A DNA stretch of 64,000 nt from Podarcis filfolensis (taxonomy: Eukaryota): the NCBI GenBank assembly GCA_964270895.1, contig OZ185435.1. One strand, given 5' to 3'. This document shows positions 12,701 through 24,192 of the stretch, piece by piece (the first letter of the stretch is position 1; the number at the start of each line of letters is the position of its first letter). A program made the translations under genes and the position numbers. The notes under the pieces are model-generated. The model saw only the letters and a list, made by a program, of their open reading frames with translations. It was not told the origin of the DNA and made no database searches.

Positions 12701-15700
12701 TATGTATGTTGGCCCTGAGGGCATAGGCCACCACACTCATTCTTAATATGCCAGCTTGATTGTTGAATTGACCCTCAGGTGAAAAGGGCAGCTAGCCCAT
12801 TAGTTCTGGGCTTAAGATCTGCCCGTGGGAATTAAAATACCTCTCTAACTGGGACTCCCCTTACTCTCGTGTTTCAGGAACTTCCACCAGCCTGCTGGAA
12901 AGAGGCTTCTGCTTGCAACAGGATAGCAAGCTGGAAAAGGTGCGTTCTGCTTCACAACTTTCTCAGCAAACTTCATACATCTAATGAAGTGGTTTGTTGG
13001 CTACGATCATTCAAACCATAATGAACAAGTTAGGGTCAATTCATGCAAACTGTTTTTTAACTTGTTTGTAAACCACATAGATGTTTTACTATCAATCCTG
13101 CTTGAGTCAGGCTGAAAATTATGTAAGTTGTGAGAATCAGACTTTAGTATTTATCTCACCAACAGCACTTAATGTTTTTCCGGCAACCAGCATGGGGCCA
13201 TTTCTGTTGAAAAGCTTGTGGCTGCACCACAAGCTCAGTGTTTGTTATCACAAACTGTAGTGCAGTGATCACTTGATGGTTTCTTCAAGCAGCCAGATGA
13301 ATTTTCAGCATATGATGATGTGAAGGACTTTATTCTCACACATCTCAAAAATCAATCCAGATATATAACAGAGCAATGAGATGCTCCATTTATCAATTTT
13401 GCTCCATGGCTGGGACCAACTTGCAGTCAAGTGAGCCAAAATCAGATATGATCCTGCAATTTATTTCTGATGACTCTGTATGCCTCTGTAAATCCAAAAG
13501 TAACTGGTGATATTGTGAGAGGATATATCGGTTCTGGTATGTTAGCCACTGAAGAATGGGTGATAAATATGTGATCAATAAACGTTTTTGCTGCAGATGT
13601 AGAAACTGGCCTGTTTAATAGCAACTAGCCCTGTTCTTTTCCTCTGTCACCCCAAGAGCTGAGCAGCTCCTCTGCTGTCTTTCTTCTCATCTTGTAACTT
13701 TTTCCTAATGCTGAAGGAAATCAGCTACAGGGTAGGCATGCAGGTCAACCAACAGAATGAGGAAGAAACTCAGCAGAGTCACTGTCCTTTCTCCTTGGGT
13801 TATCTTGTGTCACAGAAGCTGTAATGTGGTTCTGACAGGCAGGAAAGCAGAAATTGGATTGCTGTGCGGGGCTTGCAAGGAGCTCTGTAAGCCCCCCACA
13901 GCAATGCAGCAGGCAGCTGATTCCTGCAGCAAGCAGGCTTCCATTCTTCCACCCGTCAACTGATGGGCAGGAGAGCCGAATCCTACTTTTTGCAGGCATC
14001 AGCTGCATGAACAAGTTCCTTGCAGGGAACTCTAGGGGAAGCATTGGATCTCACCTATCTGGGCAGTAGAGCTGAAGCCTGCTTTCCCTAACCAATGCAC
14101 AGTCAGGCTCCCAATGTGCATTGGCGTCTGTGTCTCTACCTGCCCCATATATGATGTCATGTATGGGGCAGGTGGGTGTAATTTGGTGGGAACTGCCTTC
14201 TGGGCCAAACTGGAACCCTTGGCAGTCAAAATCTGGTCTTCAGCCTGGAGGTTCCCCACCCCTGATCTAAAAGCAAATGAATAATCCCTCCCAAAATTGG
14301 ACTGCAACTCCCCCCAGATCAGGGATGGTAGGCATTAGAGTCCAGCAGCACCTACCAAGTACAATGTTGGCTACTCCTGATATATAGAATGCACTGTAAG
14401 TTTCAGTTCCTTTTGTGGTTTCCTTTTTTCTCTTCCTCACTGGTACTCCCTGCCCATACCCAGAATCTCACTTTTCTTCCCATCCTGTTCAACTTCCTTT
14501 AAAATACTGGCAAAGAAATATTACAAATGTAATACATTTATGCAAAATAAACAAGTATATGCTTTGTGTTTTCTTGGAGCAGAATAAAAAACATGAACCC
14601 TCCCTGAAGGATGGTCAAGTTTTCCTGAGAGAATTCTCGGGTGAGCTGAAATGTCAGGCTTATTGGTCTCTTAGGCTATATTGACAAAAAACCTCTGTGT
14701 TAATCCATCTAAGTTGCCTCTTATCAATAATTATGATACATGCATTCCATGTTTTCATCTGGAAAGGAAACTAAGTGGATTACAGCTTTTTAAAAAATGA
14801 ACTCCATTTACATAGAAAAAAACTTAAATTCATAAAAATTGAGAAGAAAAAGTGGGACATATTCAAGTAAGCAGGTGTTCTAATAAGAGCCAGTGCACTG
14901 GAACTTCCTCCCTTCTCTCATGCCAAATTCTCTCTGAACAGGTTAGGAAAATCCCCAGAAGAGTGTTCAGGGGAAGGAGAGGGGAGATTGTTCTGTCCAG
15001 CAACTGAAATGCCTTTGCTGATAGAATTGTAATATCTCTGTGATGAATTCCACCCTTAAAAACATAAATAAAATCAGTAAGTGATATTCGGTGCTAGTCC
15101 TATTTTGAGTAGACCTGTTTACATTAATGGACTTGACTCACATAGGCTCATTAATTTCATTGGCTCTATTCTGCCTGGACTTAATTGAATACAACTCAAT
15201 ATTTTGCAGCTAGCAATAAATTTTTATTCAGTTTAACAAAGATCTCTTAAATAATTATTTGTCTTCCTAAAAAATAGGATGGTAAAGCTAAATATATTCA
15301 TTAAGCCTTTGGAGAGGGCAATTTAACCAATCAGTCATGAGCCAGCAATTTTGTGCTGATGAAACGTCCTATATGTGACTTTAAATATAACAAACGTTGA
15401 AGCAGCCGCAAGTCTTTTGTACCCTTAATCAGTACTCTTGCATGGCCACTATCAAGAATCCATTTTGTTTGAACTAGGTGTTTTGTTACCTGTATGGTTT
15501 CATAAACTGCTTTCAGGAAAGTTTAAAGGTTCAATCACTGCACCTCCAAAGAGGACCCCTGCCTGAAACTCTGGAGAACTACTACCAGTCAGTGTATGTG
15601 AACAATGCTGAGTTAGATGGACTCAAAAATCTGTCTCAACAAAAGGTAACTTCAGAAAAAGTATTCTGAATTGACTTTTCCTAGGAGTCTGCTCAAAAAA

Positions 15701-18700
15701 ACCGTCAGGATCTATAGACATATTATTTGATAGACCTGACTGAACTGTAGTTGAAGCACCCTGTGTTTTGTCCTTCCTTTCACAAGAAGAGTTTATGGTA
15801 CATGATTTGATTTTCACAGACCTAAATTGTCATCTGTTTTTGAACAAACTCAGACTGATAGTAATATTTTAACTTGCATAACACCCACCTGCACTGCCTC
15901 TCTAGAACCTTGTCATGCCCCTGTGCTTCGGACAAAGCCCATATTGGATACTGATGCTTGGCATAATATGTTTTACAGCTTGGTGAAGCAAAGCCGGGAT
16001 AAAGATGAAGCAAATGTGGCATTAGTATGGATCAATGGGGAGCTCCACATCCAAGTATGCTGTCCCATTGCTGCTGGCAGTGAACTGCTGTACTGGTTAG
16101 CAGAGGCCAGTCCTGCTTGCCTGGAAAATAATGCACCAGCAAATATATCAGATGGGGTATTTGTCGCAGAGAGGAAAACGGTAGAGGAGCAGCTAGCTAA
16201 GACCACCACTGTGGAAGCAGAGACTTTGACACAGAAAGGAGATGCTTCCCTAGATGGCGATGCAATAGATTCCTTTGCAGGTACTGCACCTGAATTCCTA
16301 GAATCTTAGTCAGAAGGGGGTATCACGGGGGATTTAAGCAGCATCAGAAACAGGAAGGGCTTTTATTCTTTAAAAAAATGACTTAACATACTTGGTAATA
16401 GAAACATGCATGTTCCTTAAGCAAAGAACTCCGCTGCCAATTTCTGCACACCCAGGCAACTGTAGTTGAAGCACCCTGTGTTTTGTCCTTCCTTTCACAA
16501 GAAGAGTTTATGGTACATGATTTGATTTTCACAGACCTAAATTGTCATCTGTTTTTGAACAAACTCAGACTGATAGTAATATTTTAACTTGAAAGTTAGG
16601 GGCTCCTTTTTTCCCTTCAAATGATACTGTGGGAGGCAACTTGTTCAGAATGTATACACTCTCTTGCTGTGAATAAGGAATATTTCTGCAGTGCTTTCAG
16701 GGTATAATCCCCTGAGAGGCTGGCTTTCAGCATCCCAAGTACAGAGAATGGGAACCAAGTGTGGAAGAATATTCTTGCCCAGGACAATTCAATCAGCCCA
16801 CAGCCAGGCAGAAGTGGAACTCAGGCCAATGTCCACTCCTCTAGCTGGTGACCTTTATTTTGCTCAACAGCACTGGCCAGCCCCACCCTTGCAAACAGTG
16901 CTTTCCTATTTTATTGCAGTGCTGGAGGAGGCGATTTCTTTGAGAAGTGCACATGGTGAATCAGAATGTTTATCATGCCAGAGTACATTTGATCAGATAT
17001 CTGAGGGTATGTCTGCACTAGAAGCTTGTGTTAGTTTTATACCATTTTAACAATCATGGGCACCCACAAATAATCTTTGAGAGTTGTAGTTTGGTGGGGG
17101 CACTAAGAATTATTGTAATTCAGCCTTTAAGCTTCAGCTCTTGATGCAGAATCCAGATGCCTGACTTTAGGTGCAGTGCACAGATTATGGTTCCTTCTTT
17201 TAAGTTACGGTTATTTGCATGTTCATACACTCTGAGGAGCCTATTTACTTACTTATGTTCCTGGCCCTTTCAGATATGTGGGCAACTCCTGTCTATAATG
17301 CTAGAATCAGTCAGGCTCCTTACTATCTCTGTTTCCTCACACACAACTGTGTACACAGAACTTCATTTCCCTATGACATTCTATATCCATGTCTGTTTCC
17401 TTAAGAATTTCCTTAGGTGAATTAAACTGCTCAAGGTAACTCTGCTTGTTGTGAATAAGGGAGAAGCACAGGTCCCTGGTATTGCGACTGTGTGGATAAG
17501 CTGTTTTAGTTTGCAATTCTTGCTTTCTAAAGAAAACAGCAAAGATTACAAATGATAAGAGTGTTGAAATTTGCTGTTTCTACACATTTCTGTAACCTCA
17601 TTCTAAGTTATGTAGTAAAGCACTTCAGAGAAATCCAATTTGCGTCAAAAAGATTAAGGAAGCTGTGCTTCCAAAGTGAGCCTTACAGAAGATACTGAAA
17701 TATTCCTCCCCAAATTCTAAACTTTTAGGATATTTAGCTAAAACCAGCTATGTTTCAATTCTCAGAAGCACTGCTTTGATAACTAGTGGGACTTCTTGAG
17801 CCTCTGTGCTCAGCAAAAGACCTGTGTTCAGCACGATTGAGGCAGTGGGTGGGGAGTGGAGCAGTGCATAGAAACAGAAGTCTCACCTTGAAGTGTCAAT
17901 AATTACTTTGTTTTCTTTGTTAAGGGAGCTAATGGTTACTGGTTCAAATTGCAGGTGCTCTTGATATCCCCAAGGTTGTGGAGCAGAAAGCCAGAGCCCA
18001 TTGTCTTCCTTTGCTGGATAAGAAGCTGCCAGTCAAGCAACCTCCTGGCCTGGAAAATGATCACAAGAAAAGGAATGAAGATGGGTTCCTGCAACATGAG
18101 CTCAAGGACTCCAAGGAGCAGCATGGAGAGAAGCAGCCCATTGTGAGCTGCTCTGTGACTGAGAAGGGTGGAAGTAAAGAGGATGGTGTGCTGCATCCTC
18201 AAACAGAGCAAGTGAATGAGACACTATCCAAGGTAAAACCAACTGACATGTGTTCACAGCTGCCCCCATCCAGTGCAATTCAACCCAGTGCTCACTTGGC
18301 TGAGAAGGTGGAGGTGTTGAAGGGCCAATCTTGTGCTGATGGAGGCCCCAGTGGATGTGCCATGTCTACACCCAGGGACAGGGCGGAGGAGCAGAGTGAA
18401 AATCCCAAGCAGGAGGAAGTGTCTCCAAGCAACATGGGTGGTGCTCCACAGCTCAAGGAGGCAGACCACAAACGACGATACCGGTGCGAAGAGTGTGGCA
18501 AAGCCTTCCTGCAGCTTTGCCACCTGAAGAAGCACCACTTTGTGCACACTGATCACAAACCGTTCCTGTGCACAGAGTGTGGCAAGAGCTATAGCTCAGA
18601 AGAAAGCTTTAAAGCGCACACACTGGGCCACCGAGGGGTGCGGCCATTCCCCTGCCCACAGTGTCACAAGAGTTACGGCACCAAACGGGACCTTCAAGAA

Positions 18701-19657
18701 CACCAGGTGCTGCACACGGGCCAGCGACCTTTTGTATGCCCTGACTGTGGGAAATCCTTTGCCCGCCGGCCCTCTCTTCGGATCCATCGCAAAACCCACC
18801 AGGCTAAGGAGCCAAGGCCATCTGCTGCCGCCGCCTGCCAGTGTGTGATATGTGAGCGGCAGCTGGCCAACCCTGGGTCGTTGCGCAACCATATGCGGCT
18901 GCACACAGGGGAACGCCCGTATACCTGCCCCTATTGCCCCAAGTCTTTCCGCCAGCAGGGCAATCTCCGTGGGCACCTTCGGTTGCATACAGGGGAGCGT
19001 CCCTACCGCTGCCACTTCTGTGGAGATGCCTTCCCGCAGCGCCCTGAGCTGCGCCGTCACCTGATCTCCCACACAGGTGAGGCTCACCTGTGCACAGTGT
19101 GTGGGAAAGCACTGCGTGATCCCCACACGTTACGGGCTCACGAACGTTTGCACACAGGCGAGCGCCCTTTCCGCTGCCATCTGTGCCCCAAATCCTATCC
19201 TCTGGCCACAAAATTGCGGCGCCACCAGAAAGCCCACCATGCTGACAAGCCGCACCAGTGTCAAATTTGTGGCATGGGCTATGCACTCCCCCAGAGCCTG
19301 CGACGTCACCAGCTTGAGCACAAAGGAAACCTAGGTGGGGATCCATCCAAAAGGGACACGAAAGCCCCCCAGGAGCTGCCAGCTTCAGAGCAGCCAGCTG
19401 TGCTGGTAGTGCACTCTGTGGACAGGGCAGGGCCTGGAAACCACACAGAGCTCCTTATCACCAATGATGGGCACTATGTTACTGCACAGCAGAGCTCTGC
19501 CAAGCACAAGAACGTCATTGAGATTGCTGTCTCGGACACGGAGAAAGAATGCATCATTGTGCAGGAGCAGGGCTCCGCCAGTGACATGTTCATTATTCAA
19601 GAGGGTGTCAGTTTTAGCACAGTGGCGGAGGTGGTGGAGGTGGAGGTGGGGACATGA
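9770..19657 (+). CDS. ZNF408: ZNF408 (PRDM17) spliced CDS: join(9770-9791,9902-10104,12878-12939,15979-16280,17955-19657) = 2292 nt, 763 aa
   Basis: All GT-AG, phases 1,0,2,1 as recalled for human; PR-like N-terminus plus ten C2H2 fingers; C-terminus [10 protein letters not shown] vs human AEVVEVEMGT. Confidence 0.92.
9902..10104 (+). CDS. ZNF408: ZNF408 exon 2
   Basis: ccctttcag| ... GCG|gtgagc; encodes [30 protein letters not shown], matching human [30 protein letters not shown]. Confidence 0.9.
11718..11853 (+). mobile_element. tRNA-Lys(CTT)-derived SINE with CR1-type tail
   Basis: tRNA-Lys-like head ggtagagcatgagactcttaatctcagggtcgtgggttc followed by gattcctgcattgca...ctctacaattct..gattctatga CR1-like tail. 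Confidence 0.85.
12360..12620 (-). mobile_element. Decayed L2 LINE 3' fragment
   Basis: Minus translation [25 protein letters not shown] resembles the L2 RT terminus RAFSxxAPxLWNSLPxxIR; ends in AT-rich tail. Confidence 0.6.
12878..12939 (+). CDS. ZNF408: ZNF408 exon 3
   Basis: gtttcag|GAA...AAAAG|gtgcgt; 62 nt, phase 0-2, same size as human exon 3; [20 protein letters not shown](S) keeps the W..AC....W pattern of human [21 protein letters not shown]. Confidence 0.88.
15515..15655 (+). mobile_element. tRNA-derived SINE (Squam2-like), decayed
   Basis: ggttcaatcactgcacctcc...ccctgcctgaaactctggagaactactaccagtcagtgta...tgctgagttagatggac; same family as 27295-27465. Confidence 0.7.
15743..15876 (+). 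repeat. 134-bp exact direct repeat, copy 1 (copy 2 at 16458-16591)
   Basis: aactgtagttgaagcacc...aatattttaacttg is identical at both sites, 715 bp apart. Confidence 0.95.
15979..16280 (+). CDS. ZNF408: ZNF408 exon 4 (PR/SET-like C-terminal half)
   Basis: ttttacag|C TTG...GCA G|gtactg; [39 protein letters not shown] aligns with human [39 protein letters not shown]. Confidence 0.92.
16458..16591 (+). repeat. 134-bp exact direct repeat, copy 2
   Basis: Identical to 15743-15876. Confidence 0.95.
17955..19657 (+). CDS. ZNF408: ZNF408 exon 5 with ten C2H2 zinc fingers
   Basis: ttgcag|GT GCT; [19 protein letters not shown]...[13 protein letters not shown]...[11 protein letters not shown] are near-identical to human; TGA at 19655-19657; ATTAAA at 19681-19686 is a possible poly(A) signal. 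Confidence 0.97.
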
Positions 19658-19912
19658 CTGTCAATCGTTTTGCAGATGGCATTAAAATATCTTTGGAAGT
19701 CTAAATGTGCTCTTTTTATGTGCTTGCAAGAAACAGCATGCGGGTTATGAAATATATACTGGGATGTTTAGAAGGGAATAGGTGACTTCAGTTTGGCCAA
19801 GGCTATGGCTGGATTCCCACCATCATTTCCAAAGCCCATAAGCCTGGGCAAAAGGGTCTGCCTGATAGATGAGGTTATGCCTGGAAGAAAGTCTTCACTA
19901 TGCATCTTTTCT

Positions 19913-21971
19913 TTTCTTTCTTTTTTTAAATAATATTTATTAACAGTTTAAAGGGTCAAAACAAAAAAAAAAAATTCCTTCCAGTAGCACCTTAAAGACC
20001 AACTAAGACCACTTAGTTGGTCTTTAAGGTGCTACTGGAAGGAAAAAAATTTTTTTGTTTTGACTATGGCAGACCAACACGGCTACCTATCTGTAGTTTA
20101 AAGGGTATAAAAGAAAGAAAAATCATTCAACAAAACAATACAATACAAAAACAAAAACACTACATAACACTGACATTACAAACATTAAATTAACAAAATA
20201 CAACAAACACAATTTAAAACACATCCGTAATTTCAGTATCTTATCTTTCATTCACTTATTTCCACGACTTCCTCACACCTCCCTTTTTGTATTCCACTTC
20301 AATTAACTGTTTCAGCAAATCCTTTCCATCTTCCTCAGTTTTCTGTCCTGTAATTTATCTTAACTTATTTTAACCTTATTTTTTTCCCTTTGATACATTA
20401 AAAATCCATTTATACTTAATTCCTTATAACCTTTCTGCTAAAGCCATATAACTTCATTCCAACATTTTTCTAGCATTCATTAATTTTACAGTATTTCTGT
20501 AAATAATCTTTGAATTTTTTCCAATCTTCTTCCACCGACTCTTCTCCCTGGTCTCGGATTCTGCCAGTCATTTCCACCAGTTCCATATAGTCCATCAACT
20601 TCATCTGCCATTCTTCCCGGGTGGGTAAATCTTGTGTCTTCCAATACTTCACGATAAGTATTCTTGCTGCTGTTGTTGCATACATAAAAAAAAAGTTCTG
20701 TCCTTCTTTAGCACCAATTGGCCGACCATGCCCAGGAGAAAGGCCTCTGGTTTCTTCAGGAAGGTATATTTAAATACCTTTTTCATTTCATTATAAATCA
20801 TCTCCCAGAATGTCTTAATCCTTGGGCATGTCCACCAAAGGTGAAAGAATGTACCTTCAGTCTCATTACATTTCCAACATTTATTGTCAGGTAAATTATA
20901 AATTTTTGCAAGCTTGACTGGTATCATGTACCACCTGTAAATCATTTTCATTAAATTCTCTCTTAGAGCATTACATGCCGTAAATTTCATACCTGAGGTC
21001 CATAACAGTTCCCAGTCAGCCATCATAATGTTATGTCCAACATCTTGTGCCCATTTAATCATAGCAGATTTTACCATTTCATCCTGAGTGTTCCATTTCA
21101 ACAGCAAGTTATACATCCTTGACAAGTTCTTAATTTTGGGATCTAACAATTCTGTTTCCAATTTTGATTTTTCCACCTGGAAACCAACTTTTTTGTCCAA
21201 ATTATATGCCTCCATTATTTGGTAATAATGAAGCCATCTTGTTCTAAAATTTCCCAATATTTCGGCCATTTGGCCTCCATATTGAGTTTTTTCTGAGCCT
21301 TCGCTTCCATTGGAGACCACCATCTTGGGGTTTTATTTTCTAACAAATCCTTATATCTTATCCAAACATTAAACAGTGCTTTTCTAACAATATGGTTTTT
21401 AAACGCTTTATGTGCTTTTACCTTATCATACCACAAGTATGCATGCCAACCAAATACATTGTTGAAACCTTCTAAATCCAACACATCAGTGTTTTCAAGA
21501 AGCAGCCATTCTCTCAGCCAGCAAAAAGCAGCTGATTCATAGTAAAGTTTAAGGTCTGGCAGGGCAAATCCACCTCTTTCTTTAGCATCAGTTAGTATCT
21601 TAAATTTTATTCGAGGCTTCTTGCCCTGCCAGACAAATCTAGAAATATCTCTCTGCCACTTCTTGAAACAATTCATCTTGTCCAAAATTTGCAATGTTTG
21701 AAACAAAAACAACATCCTTGGCAGTACATTCATTTTTATCACAGCGATTCGGCCTAGCAATGATAACTTCAAATTTGACCAAATTTCTAAGTCCTGTTTC
21801 ACTTCAGTCCAACATTTTTCATAGTTATCCTTAAATAAGTTCACATTCTTAGCAGTCATGTTAACCCCTAAATATTTCACTTTCTTAACCAATGTTAATC
21901 CTGTCTCCTCCTGAAACTTTTCTCTCTCATTCACAGTTAGATTTTTCTCTAAAACCTTGGTTTTCATCTTG
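19913..21971 (-). mobile_element. 5'-truncated L1-clade LINE (ORF2 RT C-terminus, Cys-rich domain, 3'UTR)
   Basis: ORFs with KVKYLGV, MNVLPRMLFLFQ, RGGFALPDLKLYY, CWKCNETEGTFFHLWWTC; frameshifts at ~21235 and ~20690; 19-bp TSD ttcactatgcatcttttct at 19894-19912 and 21972-21990. Confidence 0.95.
19957..20094 (+). mobile_element. Minimal Penelope-like element remnant (inverted pLTR hairpin) nested in the L1 tail
   Basis: 12-bp TSD agtttaaagggt (19945-19956, 20095-20106); 33-bp perfect inverted arms around an acca loop; end cagaccaacacggctacc resembles reptile PLE 3' termini. Confidence 0.75.
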
Positions 21972-23913
21972 TTCACTATGCATCTTTTCTATACTAACAG
22001 AATTTGTTTCAAATTGATCCAGTGTCAGGAATTGCACCGGTTTTGCTTGTGTGTTACATATGTTTAGTGAAAACGTGGCAAAACTGACTGAGTGGTGAAG
22101 AGTCTGCAGATTTCCACATGGTTATGCACATATGGTCCAAAAATTAATGCAATAGAAAGTATGGAAGTATATCTTTTTTTAAGTAAAAGAGCAGGAACTT
22201 CCAACAATTTTCTGAGGTGTGCAAGGATTATGTCAACACCAGTGAGGGTTCAAAGTTCTTTAGCTTCAAAGGTATAAATAACAGGAAGCTACTGCTCCTG
22301 ACTCATTTGCCCAAGCTGTGCTTAGATGTGCTTTAACTTGATACTTGCTGCATCTGAGTAGGGGATGAAGCCATCAGATGCCTGCTTTAATTACAGTTAA
22401 TGACAACATTGGCTAAGATCCAACTCCCACATTTCTTGGTGATATAAGCAGCTCTCAAAAACATTGCGGTGGTAGCATATGCAGTCAATCGTGTGACTCA
22501 GACAGAACATAAAGGTGTTTCTTTTGCCAGTTACACCTCTCCATGGGCTTGTGCTGGTGATGCTGTGATAGTCACCATGCAATCTAGCCAAATTCTGGTT
22601 GTTGGTTATGTATATTATTACCATGATGTGGGGTCCTGACTGCCCAGAGACATTTGTTTGATACCTACCAAGACAGTGTTTGGGTTTTGCCCAAGTCAAC
22701 ACATTGCAATCTGAGTGAGAATTGTAGATCCCAGAGTAGCTGCAACTGTAATCCAAAGGTTTGCTTTTAAAATCAAACCAGTTCATTGGATCTGGTAAAT
22801 ATCATCTCAGCAGTTGCATATGATACCTGTGTTGCTGGATTAGACCACTTCATACTGCAGGAGCAAGATTCAAATGGTGACAGTTTTCATTCACATGGAA
22901 GTAAATCAATGAGGAAGAGCTTTGCTATGCCTATAATGCATTTCATTACAGTATATAAAAACAATGACAAATGAAAATGATGTTTAATTACATTGTCTCG
23001 TTTTAACATAGTACTTTGCCAAATTTTCTACTTTTGTTTTGTTTAGCTTTTCCTTGACAGTGAGTATCACAGACTTCCTGTCAGGAGGTCATGTTGCACC
23101 ATAGTGTTGCAATGTATAGTTAGTAGTTTTGGTCCAAGCTAATTTGAACTAATGTTGGATGGGATTTTTTTTATTTTCCATTTTTATATCACTTTATGCG
23201 GTTGTATTCACTACTTGAGAGTAATTTTCTTCTTCCCAGCATCCTGTGGTGATAGGCCAGTCGGGTATTTTAACACATAAGAAACTGAGCCAAGCGAGTC
23301 TGAATTGCCCAAAGCCAAATCAAAACTTCATGGCTGGGTAGAAATTGGATTGCGAGTGTCTGTGGTCCAATATGACATTTTAACAGTTCTTCCTTAGTGC
23401 TTTGCTATTTCCAGAAAATACATTGAGGTTTGCACTTGAGTTTATTCATTCACTAGGTGGCTCCCATTGTCAACAATATCATTTATTATATGGTCACAGC
23501 CTCTGCAAAGTGGTGTTCATTTACCACATGCTTCCTTCTTGGATATTTAGGATGGGCCAGCTGTCATTTGGTTCTGGTAGCAATAGGTCACATAACTACA
23601 CTTGTTGCTTTTCCTATGTCTCTGCTACCCCCGCATTTCCAAACCGTTTTGATAAAGTAAACAGATGCTTGAGATTACAGTACTGACTTCCTGCTGTTGG
23701 GCTCACCCAGTGGTACATTTACAAGCAGTCACAAAGGAAGCAGTCTTTTGAGGCAGTAGGATTTGGAGCAGTGATCTAGAATGGCTGGCATGTATGTTTT
23801 TTGTCTTTTCCAAGAGAGTGGTGCAGCTTTTGCATGTATCAATATTGACACAGCTGCAAAGTGACTTGCTGATGCCAAAACCCAAGAAATCCACGCATGA
23901 GTCAAAATATCAA

Positions 23914-24192
23914 ATCAAATATCTTTAATACGGTCAGTGACCAGGAAGCAATTTATAAAAATATGACATTAAAAGTAGTATTGTGCTACAAATAACAGTA
24001 GAAATATGGCCAATTCACAGAATTGGTGCTTATATTTATGACCAGGTTTCGACTTTTAAAGTTTTAAAAAAATCAATTCAGGTGTCGCTACTGTTTATTA
24101 TCGTTCCTTCGATGTTTACAATTTGGACTCCGTTGTTGACATCATTGCTCGTCTTATTCTTGTTGCAATGTAACAGTACTTTGCCACGGGCC
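23914..24192 (-). mobile_element. 5'-truncated LINE 3' end (clade uncertain)
   Basis: 16-bp TSD tgagtcaaaatatcaa at 23898-23913 and 24193-24208; minus-strand terminus ...ctgaccgtattaaagatatttgat. Confidence 0.75.

Noticed and set aside
13300-13385. snoRNA-like ATGATGA with gcat/atgc ends in ZNF408 intron 3
   Set aside because: No canonical CTGA D box at the 3' stem and no guide match
17936-19600. Antisense and alternate-frame ORFs over ZNF408 exon 5
   Set aside because: Shadow ORFs of a GC-rich zinc-finger CDS
20470-21976. Host protein-coding gene from the 253/224/71-aa ORFs
   Set aside because: Frameshifted pieces of L1 ORF2 bounded by a TSD
23030-23065. 13-nt microexon (tttgtttag|...|gtgagt) in intergenic DNA
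   Set aside because: No host gene or partner exons identifiable; such motifs occur by chance in T-rich DNA
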